From: Nitrospiraceae bacterium
GTDB lineage: Bacteria > Nitrospirota > Nitrospiria > Nitrospirales > UBA2166
NCBI GenBank assembly: GCA_002726235.1
Contig: PBSN01000012.1
Location: 62,001 to 105,039 of the forward strand
Direction: 5' to 3'
Length of the DNA: 43,039 nt
In this document: positions 28,055 through 37,946 of the stretch, piece after piece
Position numbering within the stretch: the stretch's first letter is position 1
How the letters are laid out: every line of letters begins with the position of its first letter
Program-made: the position numbers and the translations under genes
Notes under the pieces: generated by a model
The model's input: only the letters and a program-made list of their open reading frames with translations
Databases searched by the model: none
Told to the model about the DNA's origin: nothing

Positions 28055-29047
28055 GTGGCTGTGGACCGTGATCTAGCAGCCCTAACGTCGCTGCTTCCAA
28101 TTGCAACTCCGAACAACGGTGGCAAGATTGATGTGGACGATCTTGTTGCGGCTACGGCGTGTGTTTTGCATACGGACTCTTCGATCCGTCCATCTCTTGG
28201 GTTGGTTGCGCTCGATATTCTTCGCCGTGTGTTTGGGGAGAACGCTGTCAACACGGTTCAGCGATTCCTTGGCATACAGACGCGTTCGGTGCAGCTTGCG
28301 GATTATCAAGAGATTTCCATTAACGGACTTGCGTCATTTGTCGATATTCGGGGGAAGACCATACTCGAGGTGGGAAGTGATGAGGGAGGAAATGTTCTTG
28401 TCGCTCTGGAAGCGAGGGGCGTGAGGTTTGCCTTGGGTATTGACATTTGGAAGCGAAAAGATTGGTTTCGTGTTCTCTCGAAAAAGCTTGTACAGGCACA
28501 TGGGGATGTGCTGTCGCTTCCGTATCGAGATGATAGCTTCGATGTGCTCCTCAATATTGCGACCTTCGAACATATCCACAATCTTGATATGACCATGCGT
28601 GAAATGCATCGTTTGCTCAAACCAAAAGGAATCATGTATGCCCAGTTTGGGCCAATTTGGTCATCTGCGGTTGGACACCACATTTGGTGTCATCTCGATG
28701 ACCAGATCTTTCGCTTTGATGATCCAGCCCTCAACCCCTTAGATGATTTTGACCACCTCTTATACACCCGGAAGGAATTGGCAGAAAAATTAGCGAAGTC
28801 CTGGGATGCCCGGACGGTAGAGCACCTCGTCAGAGCGGTCTTCGATCATTCACATATTAACCGTATCTTCCATCACGAGATCTGTGATTGTATGCGGCAA
28901 TCTCCGTTTGAGGTGTTACGCCTGGAAAAAAGTTGGGACATTTCTGTCCCATCTGAAATCGAACAGCGTCTTCGCGATCGGCATGGGGATAGGTCTGATT
29001 TCAGCTGTGCAGGTATGCAAATCGTATTACAAAAAGGTGATTCCTAG
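28055..29047 (+). CDS. Class I SAM-dependent methyltransferase
   Basis: ILEVGSDEG motif I, GID, GDVLSLPYRDDSFD, FEHI, MHRLLKPKG. Confidence 0.88.
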   Translation: MAVDRDLAALTSLLPIATPNNGGKIDVDDLVAATACVLHTDSSIRPSLGLVALDILRRVFGENAVNTVQRFLGIQTRSVQLADYQEISINGLASFVDIRGKTILEVGSDEGGNVLVALEARGVRFALGIDIWKRKDWFRVLSKKLVQAHGDVLSLPYRDDSFDVLLNIATFEHIHNLDMTMREMHRLLKPKGIMYAQFGPIWSSAVGHHIWCHLDDQIFRFDDPALNPLDDFDHLLYTRKELAEKLAKSWDARTVEHLVRAVFDHSHINRIFHHEICDCMRQSPFEVLRLEKSWDISVPSEIEQRLRDRHGDRSDFSCAGMQIVLQKGDS

Positions 29048-31798
29048 ATGATTGCATTGGAAGGACCACATGTCTTCTTCCTCGTGCATGGGCTGTATCC
29101 AATCAAGGGGTATCCTGTGACTGGCAATGGCGTTCGGGCGTGGGGATTAGTTCAAGGATTGCAGCAACGTGGATGTCGTGTGACCTATGCTACACCTACG
29201 GATACTATTCGGCCTGGATGGGAAGCCTGCATCACGCCTGGATTTGACGTTGCGTTTTTTGATGGAGCGTTGGAACTTAACGAATCAATCAATAGGGTGA
29301 AACCTGATGTAATCGTAGGGGTCAATTGGGAACTCGTCGATCTACTCCCTGAACAGCTGGAGGTTCCCATCGTTCTTGACCTGATCGCGCCGCGTCTGCT
29401 CGAAATGCAATTTCAACAGTTGACGCATGCTACGGTTGATGCCGAGATATTGCGTTACATGCAGGTGCTTGGTCGAGGAAGTCATTTTCTCTGTAGCACG
29501 GACAAACAGAAATCATTCTATCGGTCATGGTTGATGTTGAGCGGTGTCTATGGAGCCAATGACCCTATCGACGTTATTCCCATCTCGGCGGATCCTCAAA
29601 TGCCGCGACGAACGCGGGATACCTTGGGAGACATCACGTTTGTCTACGGCGGCGTATTTTGGCCGTGGCAACGTCCAACTGGCTACCTTAACCGTGTCGC
29701 GACCGCACTGCAGTGTCATGGTCATGGACACTTGCTTGTCATCGGCGGCTCCTATCCGCTTGGATCAGATGGCTTTGCCGGTTCGAGCTTTACCGATGAA
29801 TTGGTGTCGAACCATCATCTAATGTTCAAGCCGCTCCTCCCTTATGAAGAGATGGAAAAAGCATTTCTTAGCGCGCATGTGGCTGTTGATCTTTCGGAGC
29901 GAAACCCTGAGCGTGAACTCAGTTTTTCGTATCGCATCATCGAATACCTTCGCTGCGGTCTTCCTGTTATTTGCAATCACTATCTGTCTATTGCATCGGA
30001 TATTGAATCGTATCAATCAGGATGGGTAATTAATTCCGAGAATGATCCAGACGGGTTGGAGGCGTTGATCGCAGACATTCTTGCCCATCCTGATCAGATT
30101 GCCGAGCGGAGCGCCAATGCCCAGCGTCTGGTTTACGATAGGTACAATTGGGAGCGTACGACCAAGCCGCTCTATCGGTATTGCGTTGAACCAAAAAAAC
30201 TCCAGCGGAAGCCGAATATCATGACGACTATTTTGGCAAAGCAACAAAGGCTTGAAGACGAATTCCGTGATTACACACGCACATTGTCAGAGCAAGGAGA
30301 ATGTCTTGGTCGTCAGGAGACACGTCTTGCTTCTATGGGGGGGCAACTCGACCGAATTGAACAGGCAAACCAAGCTTATCAGGACGATATGCGTGAGCAG
30401 CTTCGACACTTGATAGAAGCCCAACAGCAGTTAGAGCATCGGGTGTCGACCTTAGGAATTCGAGGCATGCTTCATTGGATATGGAGGATTCCAGAACGAA
30501 TCTATCGTGTTGTCTTGAAGCCGTTGTTTTCTGGAAAGGATGCTAAAAACATTGCAATTATCACCCGCGCCGACATCTTTCCCGTTCACCACGGCGCCGC
30601 AGTGAGAATTGTCGAGTCTGCACGCGCGCTCTCCCGTCATTGTGATCAAGTTTTGCTTATCACAACCGACCGCACTAAGTACTTCGTGTTTATCCGTGGT
30701 GAAATGTATCAGCGATGTTATCCGAAGCTTCTTCGGGTTTTTCCTTTGCCTCTAAATCCTGTGTTGCAATACGTATTGAAGCGTCGTGGAGTTCCACTCA
30801 ATGAATGTTATCTTTTCCATGCGCTTTATGACTTGAACATGTGGGTGCGGACCCTATTTATCGCGTATCAACACCGTATTACCTTGTATCAAGCAGAGTT
30901 TCCCGCTTTCCTTCGACCGGCACTCATTGCACGGTGGTTCTTTGGAGGGAAGACTGCCCTCGTTGAACATAACGTCGAGTTTTCACGAATTCATGAAACA
31001 GAAGGCGTGTCGTCGAAGGCTCGGCAGTTTCTTCTGGACCTTGAAATACGCCTGTGTAATCAGGCTGACCATGTCATTGCTGTCTCGACTGTTGATCAGT
31101 CTACACTCATTGCGGCTGGGGTGAAACCCGAAAAGATTGCCGTTATTCCCCATGGCGTTGATCTTGAACGTTTTGCCGGCGCAGTTTCCACAGTGTCGCA
31201 AGTGAGCATTAGTTCTTCCTCTCGCACACCTGTCTTGGTGTACCATGGGCCGTATTCCTACGCGCCAAATTTGCAGGCAGTGATGGCTTTGGGTACCGTG
31301 ATCCTTCCTGCACTTGAGCAACGCGGTCATCACGTAATTTGTCTAGCCATTGGGGCCAGTCCACCGGCGGAATCTCCACATCCATCTCTCACCTTTGTGG
31401 GACCAGTTGATGATATTGCGTTGCATCTCAAACGCGGGGACATCGCTGTGGTGCCGCTTACGGCTGGCGGAGGTACGCGGATGAAGGTTCTTGATTACTT
31501 CGCGGCACGTATTCCCGTTGTTGCCACCAGAAAAGCGGTTGAAGGGCTTCCGGTCGAGGATGGGAAACATTTGGTGATGGTCGATGAAGTTGAGGAGATG
31601 GTGGAACCGATTGCGGAGCTGATCAGCAATCCGGTTCATTGCCACGAGTTGACCGATAATGCGTTTGCGCTCGTCGAAGCACTGGACTGGTCGATGATTG
31701 GGATTCGCTATATGGAACTCTATGATTTGCCATGGTGGCGTGGAAATGGGAAATCTGTTACGCCTCAACAGAAGGGTAACTGGAAAAAGAAACGCTGA
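29048..31798 (+). CDS. Tandem GT4-GT4 glycosyltransferase with coiled-coil linker
   Basis: N domain RIIEYLRCGLPVI/YNWE; Q/E/R/L-rich linker at about 30221-30450; C domain HNVE, VIPHGVD, GGGTRMKVLDYFAA, LDW. Starts immediately after the methyltransferase stop. Confidence 0.88.
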   Translation: MIALEGPHVFFLVHGLYPIKGYPVTGNGVRAWGLVQGLQQRGCRVTYATPTDTIRPGWEACITPGFDVAFFDGALELNESINRVKPDVIVGVNWELVDLLPEQLEVPIVLDLIAPRLLEMQFQQLTHATVDAEILRYMQVLGRGSHFLCSTDKQKSFYRSWLMLSGVYGANDPIDVIPISADPQMPRRTRDTLGDITFVYGGVFWPWQRPTGYLNRVATALQCHGHGHLLVIGGSYPLGSDGFAGSSFTDELVSNHHLMFKPLLPYEEMEKAFLSAHVAVDLSERNPERELSFSYRIIEYLRCGLPVICNHYLSIASDIESYQSGWVINSENDPDGLEALIADILAHPDQIAERSANAQRLVYDRYNWERTTKPLYRYCVEPKKLQRKPNIMTTILAKQQRLEDEFRDYTRTLSEQGECLGRQETRLASMGGQLDRIEQANQAYQDDMREQLRHLIEAQQQLEHRVSTLGIRGMLHWIWRIPERIYRVVLKPLFSGKDAKNIAIITRADIFPVHHGAAVRIVESARALSRHCDQVLLITTDRTKYFVFIRGEMYQRCYPKLLRVFPLPLNPVLQYVLKRRGVPLNECYLFHALYDLNMWVRTLFIAYQHRITLYQAEFPAFLRPALIARWFFGGKTALVEHNVEFSRIHETEGVSSKARQFLLDLEIRLCNQADHVIAVSTVDQSTLIAAGVKPEKIAVIPHGVDLERFAGAVSTVSQVSISSSSRTPVLVYHGPYSYAPNLQAVMALGTVILPALEQRGHHVICLAIGASPPAESPHPSLTFVGPVDDIALHLKRGDIAVVPLTAGGGTRMKVLDYFAARIPVVATRKAVEGLPVEDGKHLVMVDEVEEMVEPIAELISNPVHCHELTDNAFALVEALDWSMIGIRYMELYDLPWWRGNGKSVTPQQKGNWKKKR

Positions 31799-32308
31799 AA
31801 CTTTGATCTAGGCCGTTCTGCTTCATTTCCCAATTTGCAACTAGCTCAACAGATACCGCAACAATCCCTTCAGCACAGCCATCCTTGTCGACTACTGTGC
31901 CATTGATGTGAGTTTTCGCATGCCTCTTTTTAATGTGGAACAGAAGACCTTTGATTTGTAGTAGGCCAGCTGTTTAGTCTGCGTTGGCCATTGAGGTCTT
32001 AGCTTTGCCTCTTGGATCAATCTTGATGCTTTCTTCGGGAAAAGGTGAGTACTTGGCCTGGCTATGATCAGCTAGCGTATATTTGTTTTGCCACCAAGAT
32101 GATTTCATTAAGGTTTGCCGTTATTTCACTATGTTTGTATGGAAACCACCACACAAAACAAACGCATTTCTCTCAATTATGCAATAGCTCAGGTTTCATT
32201 GGGGAGAACGCTCAATTGGCTTGACCGCATTCTGCGTTTGCAGTATAGGGGAGGACAATCGCAACTAGACTAGGGCTACTGAGGAATAGCACTGTATTGC
32301 GCAGAGTA

Positions 32309-34078
32309 TTAGGGTGTGCGCTCTAACGTTTTGAGATGGACTTCGCGGAGCTGAGCTGGAGTGATGGAGGATGGCGCATCGGTCAGTGGGCAGGTGGCGG
32401 ATTGGGTTTTTGGAAATGCGATGATATCTCGTATTGAAGGAGCCTCGGTAAGTAGCATGACTAGACGGTCGAATCCGATCGCAATGCCTCCGTGTGGGGG
32501 TGCACCAAATTCTAGTGCATCGAGCAAGAACCCGAACTTCGCTTGTGCTTCGTCTTCACTGATTCCGAGGAGGGTGAGCATCTTCTGCTGGATACTGTGT
32601 TGATGTATACGGATACTTCCGCCGCCAATTTCGTATCCGTTGATCACTAGATCATAGGCTTTGGCTTTGGCTTTCGTGGGATCAGTGTCTAGTTTGTCAA
32701 TATCGCCATCAAACGGTGCGGTGAAGGGATGGTGAATAGCTGTATAGCGGGTTTCACCCTGCCCTTTTTCGAGAAGAGGGAAGTCTGTGACCCACAGTGG
32801 AGCAACCGTGTTTTTTGGAATGACGTTGCGCTGTGTCGCCAACTCGATGCGCAGTGTTCCCAACACGGAGACTGCGACGTTATATTGATCAGCCACAAAG
32901 ATAAGCAAGTCCCCGGGTTTTCCTCCGAGGGTTTTGGCCAGCTCTTGCGCGGCAGGTTCACCGAGGAATTTAAGAATTGGTGATTCAAACCCGGCATCTA
33001 TTATCTTGATCCAGGCAAGGCCCTTGGCCCCAAGTTTTTGGGCGGTTGCGGTGAGACCGTCAGTTTCACCACGTGAGGCATCGGCCATTCCAGAGATCGA
33101 AAGCCCTTTCACTACTCCGCCCTTGGCAATGGCATCCTTAAAAACCTTGAAGCCTGAGTCGGAGACAATGTGGCTTACGTCATGCAAGAGCATATCGTAT
33201 CGGAGGTCTGGTTTATCTGATCCATAGTGTTCCATGACTGTCTGGTAGCTCATACGTGGGAATGGCTGTGGGACGTCGACCTGGCGAAATTCCTTGAAAA
33301 GTTTCACGATGATGGGTTCGATAAGCTCGAACATATTCTCACGGGTGACAAAGGCACACTCAATATCAATTTGTGTGAATTCTGGTTGCCGATCCATCCG
33401 GAGATCTTCATCGCGAAAACAGCGTGCGATCTGATAATAGCGATCCATGCCGGAAATCATGAGCAATTGCTTGAACAACTGAGGAGATTGCGGAAGAGCA
33501 AAAAAAGCCCCAGGGTGGGTACGGCTGGGAACCAAGTAATCACGTGCGCCTTCGGGGGTGCTTTTAGTCAACATGGGCGTTTCGACTTCAATCATATCTT
33601 GAGCGTGAAGGTATTCTCGAATCATGTGAAGGCTCTCGTGCCGCATTCGTAAAGCGCGCTGCATGGGAGCGCGCCGGAGATCAAGGTAGCGATACTTCAT
33701 ACGGATGGGTTCGTCGGCGCCAGAGTCATCTTCAAGGAGAAAGGGAGGTGTTTTTGAGATGTTGAGAATATCAAGCTTGTTGACGAATACCTCAATCTCA
33801 CCGGTTGAGATTGCTTGATTCTCAGTCTCTTCTGGACGGATCATAACTGTTCCGGTTACCGCAAGGACGTATTCCGAGCGTAAGGTATGGGCGTCGGTGT
33901 GGCTTGTGGCGTTGATATCGGGGTTGAAGACGATTTGGGTAATGCCGGTGTGGTCACGAAGATCGATGAAAATCAATCCTCCGTGGTCGCGTCGCCGGTG
34001 CACCCATCCCATGAGTGTGACGTTTTGGCTTGCATGTTCTTTGCGCAAGTCGCCGCAGTGATGTGTTCGCGTCATCAT
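32309..34078 (-). CDS. aspS: Aspartate--tRNA ligase (likely non-discriminating Asp/Asn)
   Basis: [65 protein letters not shown]. Confidence 0.97.
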   Translation of the reverse strand: MMTRTHHCGDLRKEHASQNVTLMGWVHRRRDHGGLIFIDLRDHTGITQIVFNPDINATSHTDAHTLRSEYVLAVTGTVMIRPEETENQAISTGEIEVFVNKLDILNISKTPPFLLEDDSGADEPIRMKYRYLDLRRAPMQRALRMRHESLHMIREYLHAQDMIEVETPMLTKSTPEGARDYLVPSRTHPGAFFALPQSPQLFKQLLMISGMDRYYQIARCFRDEDLRMDRQPEFTQIDIECAFVTRENMFELIEPIIVKLFKEFRQVDVPQPFPRMSYQTVMEHYGSDKPDLRYDMLLHDVSHIVSDSGFKVFKDAIAKGGVVKGLSISGMADASRGETDGLTATAQKLGAKGLAWIKIIDAGFESPILKFLGEPAAQELAKTLGGKPGDLLIFVADQYNVAVSVLGTLRIELATQRNVIPKNTVAPLWVTDFPLLEKGQGETRYTAIHHPFTAPFDGDIDKLDTDPTKAKAKAYDLVINGYEIGGGSIRIHQHSIQQKMLTLLGISEDEAQAKFGFLLDALEFGAPPHGGIAIGFDRLVMLLTEAPSIRDIIAFPKTQSATCPLTDAPSSITPAQLREVHLKTLERTP

Positions 34079-34079
34079 G

Positions 34080-34829
34080 TCAATGAGTGCCGGGGCGTGA
34101 TCGTTTTGAGGAACGAGTGAGCACAGTACGAATCTGCGCGAGTTCTTCCGGTTCAAGCGGTCGAGTTTGTCCTGGCGGGAGAGTCCCAAGACGCAGCGAT
34201 CCAAACCCGATACGTTTCAAACGGATGACTGAACATCCCACGCTCTCCATCATGCGCCGAATCTGCCGTTTCCTGCCCTCGAAGAGCGTGATTTCAAGCC
34301 ATGAGCTGGTGGGGAGTTTCTTGATTTTGTTGATGCGACAGGGAGCGGTCATACCATCATCAAGCATCACGCCTTTTTGCAACTGTGCAATGTTCTGATC
34401 CGAAAGAACCCCCGAAACCTTTGCCACGTATGTTTTCGGGATGTGATAACGCGGGTGGAGCAATTGTGCGGCGAAATCACCGTCATTTGTGAGTACGATG
34501 AGGCCTTCAGTATTAAAGTCTAATCGGCCAACTGGATATATCCGTAGCGATGACGTGCGAAAAAAATCTTTGATGGTCTTTCGTCCTTCCGGGTCATGCA
34601 TGGTGCTTACGCATCCCTGTGGTTTGTGAAGGATCATGTACACTTTTGGTTGTGACTGCGGGATCAGTTTTCCATCAACACGAATATGATCTTGGGAAGG
34701 ATCAACCTTTGTTCCCAATTCGTTGATGATCTGCCCGTTCACCATGATGCGACCTTGGAGCAGGAGGCGTTCCGCTGCCCGGCGGGAACTGATTCCGGCA
34801 TCGGCGATGATCTTCTGAATTCGTACCAC
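34080..34829 (-). CDS. rluB: rRNA pseudouridine synthase, RsuA/RluB family
   Basis: S4 domain RIQKIIA.AGI.SRR, HKP.G, PVGRLD (catalytic Asp), [10 protein letters not shown]. Confidence 0.9.
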   Translation of the reverse strand: MVRIQKIIADAGISSRRAAERLLLQGRIMVNGQIINELGTKVDPSQDHIRVDGKLIPQSQPKVYMILHKPQGCVSTMHDPEGRKTIKDFFRTSSLRIYPVGRLDFNTEGLIVLTNDGDFAAQLLHPRYHIPKTYVAKVSGVLSDQNIAQLQKGVMLDDGMTAPCRINKIKKLPTSSWLEITLFEGRKRQIRRMMESVGCSVIRLKRIGFGSLRLGTLPPGQTRPLEPEELAQIRTVLTRSSKRSRPGTH

Positions 34830-34897
34830 TAGTGTCGTCCTATTTTTATTCAGCTGTATGTTTTCTGTAAGTCATTAGTTTAAATTTTACCTATTAG

Positions 34898-35357
34898 CTA
34901 CTTTGCAAGTAGGCGTAACGTTGTTTGATTTGAACCGGCTAATTTGTTCGCATTATTTAAAAAAAACATCACTTGATCAACTGCTTTTATGGAATCTTTA
35001 TTAATTGCACACTCCCAAACCACCATTACCTTCCATCCATTTTTTTAATTCAGTAATGTTATTTTTATCCCTTTCAACATTAGCCAATAATTTTGGCTCC
35101 CAATAAAATTTTCTTGATTTAGGCATCTGACCATTGCGGCAATTTTTATGTTGATGCCAAAAGCATCCATTAATAAATAAAACCGAATTGTGTTTTCGAA
35201 AAACTAAATCTGGTGTGCCAGGAAGATTCCTTTTGTGCAGTCTGAACCTATAACCAGAAGAATGGAGAAGCGAACGAACTGTTTTTTCTGGAGTGGTGTC
35301 TTTGGATTTGATTCTGGACATCACCCCACTTCTTTTTAATTTTGTCCAAGAATCCAT
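34898..35357 (-). pseudogene. vsr: Very-short-patch repair endonuclease Vsr, frameshifted in an A7 tract
   Basis: RSGVMSRIKSKDTTPE, LPGTPD, GCFWHQH, NVERD in frame to 35040; the conserved GWKVMVVWEC continues in another frame (from 35038) to TAG at 34900-34898. Confidence 0.85.
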
Positions 35358-35477
35358 TAAACAGTAAGATAAACTCTATAATAAAATAAGTTAAAAAACT
35401 ATATCTCTTTAATCGCTTTTTCCCAATTGCTTTTACTCCACATCAAATTCCCTGCATTAAATGAAAACCCTGGATGA

Positions 35478-36617
35478 TCAATTGTTTGGGTCGATATTGG
35501 CTGGAACAGCTGGATACTTAATTTCAAGAAGAGTTTTCAAGATATTTGTAAATATCATCTCTGATATTTTAGGGGGGACAGCCATCCCAATTTGTTTCCG
35601 CACACTTTCTTTAGAACCACAAAAAACAAACTCATCGGGATAAGCTTGCAGTCTTGCTCGTTCACGATTAGTAAGTGCCCTGGGATATTTCCAATGATAA
35701 CCATGTGTGCCGCCCCCGCCACTTCCAGTGATTGTATATGATGGTTTATTGGGATGGAGCCTTCGATAAATGTGACTTAACTTAGCACCTTTAACGTTTA
35801 ACTTAAGATGGGAGGGCAATGTAGCATTCCAAGCATTTTCCCATGGCTTGGTGTGTTTTAAGCGTTCAACCACCTTTTGGGATTGTTTTGTAAATTCGTG
35901 ATTAGGAAAATCGTCTTGAATCGGGGGAATTTCAATTGCCTCTTTTGCGCTAACATATTTATTGAGATGAGTAGGGGCAGGAACCTTAAATTTCAGGTCT
36001 AGTTTGCTATCTATGCCAACAATAATAATCCTGCGTCTAATTTGAGGAATGCCATATTCTTCAAAATTATACAAATGAATAGTCAAATTGTACTTATTCC
36101 CGGAATTTCTTAAGTCATGTACAATTTTTCTAAAAGCGAACCCGCTATCAGCACTAGTAATACCCCCAACATTTTCGGCTACAAAAAATTTAGGCTTAAA
36201 ATAGTTGAGTATATTGACACCATGCATGTACAAAGGACCAAATTTCCCGCTAAAACCTTTTTTCTTGCCAACAATACTGAAATCATTACAAGGGAACCCA
36301 TAGGCAAATCCATCAATTTTTTTTAGGGGCTTATAATCAACATTAGCAACATCATCACAAATAACGGATTTCGGGTTTTTTGGGCAGATGTTTTTTGTAA
36401 AAGTCTCACATGAGTCTTTGTCCAAATCATTTGCCCAGGCGTGTTGTATTTTATAAATCGTGCCACGTTCTAAAACCTTCGTGTTTAGCGCACCTAATGC
36501 TAAACCACCAGGACCACAAAAAAATTCACCTAGATGAAAAATTTTTGTCTTCTTTGTTGCCGTCTTTTTTGAACCCATGCCTGGTAATGTTTTATTTATA
36601 TGATTTATTAGTTTCAA
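35478..36617 (-). CDS. dcm: DNA (cytosine-5)-methyltransferase
   Basis: FCGPGG (I), GFPCNDFS (IV), AENVGG (VI), PQIRRR (VIII), RERARLQ (IX), QIGMAVPP (X). Confidence 0.95.
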   Translation of the reverse strand: MKLINHINKTLPGMGSKKTATKKTKIFHLGEFFCGPGGLALGALNTKVLERGTIYKIQHAWANDLDKDSCETFTKNICPKNPKSVICDDVANVDYKPLKKIDGFAYGFPCNDFSIVGKKKGFSGKFGPLYMHGVNILNYFKPKFFVAENVGGITSADSGFAFRKIVHDLRNSGNKYNLTIHLYNFEEYGIPQIRRRIIIVGIDSKLDLKFKVPAPTHLNKYVSAKEAIEIPPIQDDFPNHEFTKQSQKVVERLKHTKPWENAWNATLPSHLKLNVKGAKLSHIYRRLHPNKPSYTITGSGGGGTHGYHWKYPRALTNRERARLQAYPDEFVFCGSKESVRKQIGMAVPPKISEMIFTNILKTLLEIKYPAVPANIDPNN

Positions 36618-36878
36618 AATCTTTAAAATCTGCGAGGAAGGGTCTTCAATTCACCGCATTTATCAAATAGAAAAACTACTCCACTCAGTAGGAAGTGGTC
36701 TGTAGATACTTGTTTTCATTGCTCTTTTTTAGACTTTGTAGTAATTGCTATTGGTTTCTATCAATTCACTAGGACCATGGTGCTATGCAAGTATATGATT
36801 ACACTGTCGTTTTTCGATTTTATATTTACCCGTGTTTTTACCATTCTTCCAGATATCCGTTAAACCAATTAGCAAAAA

Positions 36879-37823
36879 CTAATTCGAATCAACAGACAGG
36901 TCAAGCAAGAAAGTTTCTTCGTTTATCTTCTCAATTGTGTAGTCTGTCCTTCCATANCTTTTCAGATCATCTATTGTTACTGGGTTTCCACGGGAAACAC
37001 CGATTNTTTCCCTCACGTATTTTCCAATTTCGCTGTTATTGAAGGTAGAGTGAATAGCCTTTCTACCATCTTGCGCAACTGAACAATCGATTGACTTGCT
37101 GTCATCAGTTATAAGAGTGAAAGTTTCTGCTTTAGCTGGAAGAAATCCTTTATTTCTAGCATCTTGTTTCAGGCTCAGATAGGCTTGATTTGGTTCCCGA
37201 CCTGCTCGTTGACCCCAGTTAAGGCCAGATCTTGACGGCAACTTACCGCTTCTATCCAAAAAACTAATTCTCACTCTCTGTTCAGGTATCTCCCAATAAA
37301 TCTGTCCAGGTGCAACACTCCCATCTAATGTTGCCCGCAGTTCTAGAGGCGATAGATATGATTGCTGTTCATCTGGGACATAGTCTTCCATAGAAATACT
37401 TCTGTTTACAAAATTAAAAAACAGTTCTCTTATGTCCTCTGGGTTTTCATCTGTGAGTTGATTTATCTGCGCCTGATCAAAAAAACCAGGCTGACTATAG
37501 TTTGCTGAACCCGAATACCCAGAAATAGGAGTTTTATTTTCAAACCACCCATAAGTCTTGCAATGTACCGGTGGGGTTCCTTGGAGGTAATACCCTTTGA
37601 ATCTATTTTCGAAATGGTCGATCAAATTCAGGTACCCCAAGTGATCAGATCTTTTCCCTGGCATTCCAATGAGAAGATTTACTTTTATGCCCCAATCAAC
37701 GGTGTCCAATAGGTGCTTACGGGCGAACGTGGAAGATGCGTATCCACTAATAGCAAACAACTCTTGAGCGCCGTTTCTGACAGGCTTTAGCAAAATATTC
37801 TCATAGAGATTTTCAGTGATCAT
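36879..37823 (-). CDS. PLD-domain restriction endonuclease, NgoFVII family
   Basis: ISGYAS, HCKTY...GSANYS (HxK PLD motif), SGLNWGQR, QAYL, SVAQDGRKAI, YGRTD; contains two N bases (36957, 37006). Confidence 0.82.
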   Translation of the reverse strand: MITENLYENILLKPVRNGAQELFAISGYASSTFARKHLLDTVDWGIKVNLLIGMPGKRSDHLGYLNLIDHFENRFKGYYLQGTPPVHCKTYGWFENKTPISGYSGSANYSQPGFFDQAQINQLTDENPEDIRELFFNFVNRSISMEDYVPDEQQSYLSPLELRATLDGSVAPGQIYWEIPEQRVRISFLDRSGKLPSRSGLNWGQRAGREPNQAYLSLKQDARNKGFLPAKAETFTLITDDSKSIDCSVAQDGRKAIHSTFNNSEIGKYVREXIGVSRGNPVTIDDLKXYGRTDYTIEKINEETFLLDLSVDSN

Positions 37824-37870
37824 AGTGAATTCTCAGGCAGAATAACAAGCGGTCCGAGAGCGATTTCAGT

Positions 37871-37899
37871 TTTATAACCATGATTGTTTCCCCATACAA
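37871..37899 (-). promoter_or_regulatory. Possible sigma70 promoter for the R-M islet
   Basis: TTGTAT-17 bp-TATAAA on minus strand about 50 bp upstream of the REase ATG. Confidence 0.35.
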
Positions 37900-37946
37900 A
37901 TAATGCCTTTTTCAACTTTAATATCAATTGCTTAGAGTTTCTGAAG

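Larger units (their letters stand above)
34860..37945. mobile_element. AT-rich restriction-modification genomic islet at the 3' end of guaA
   Basis: Abrupt visible shift to AT-rich sequence between the rluB start and the guaA stop; contains only REase, MTase and vsr; no integrase or transposase seen. Boundaries approximate. Confidence 0.7.

Noticed and set aside
34079..34204. N-terminal extension of AspS in the ORF track
   Set aside because: Overlaps rluB; the conserved AspS start (MTRTHHCG) is at 34078/34075.
36957..37006. X residues in the restriction endonuclease as recoding or inactivation
   Set aside because: They are ambiguous N base calls; they cannot be interpreted without reads.
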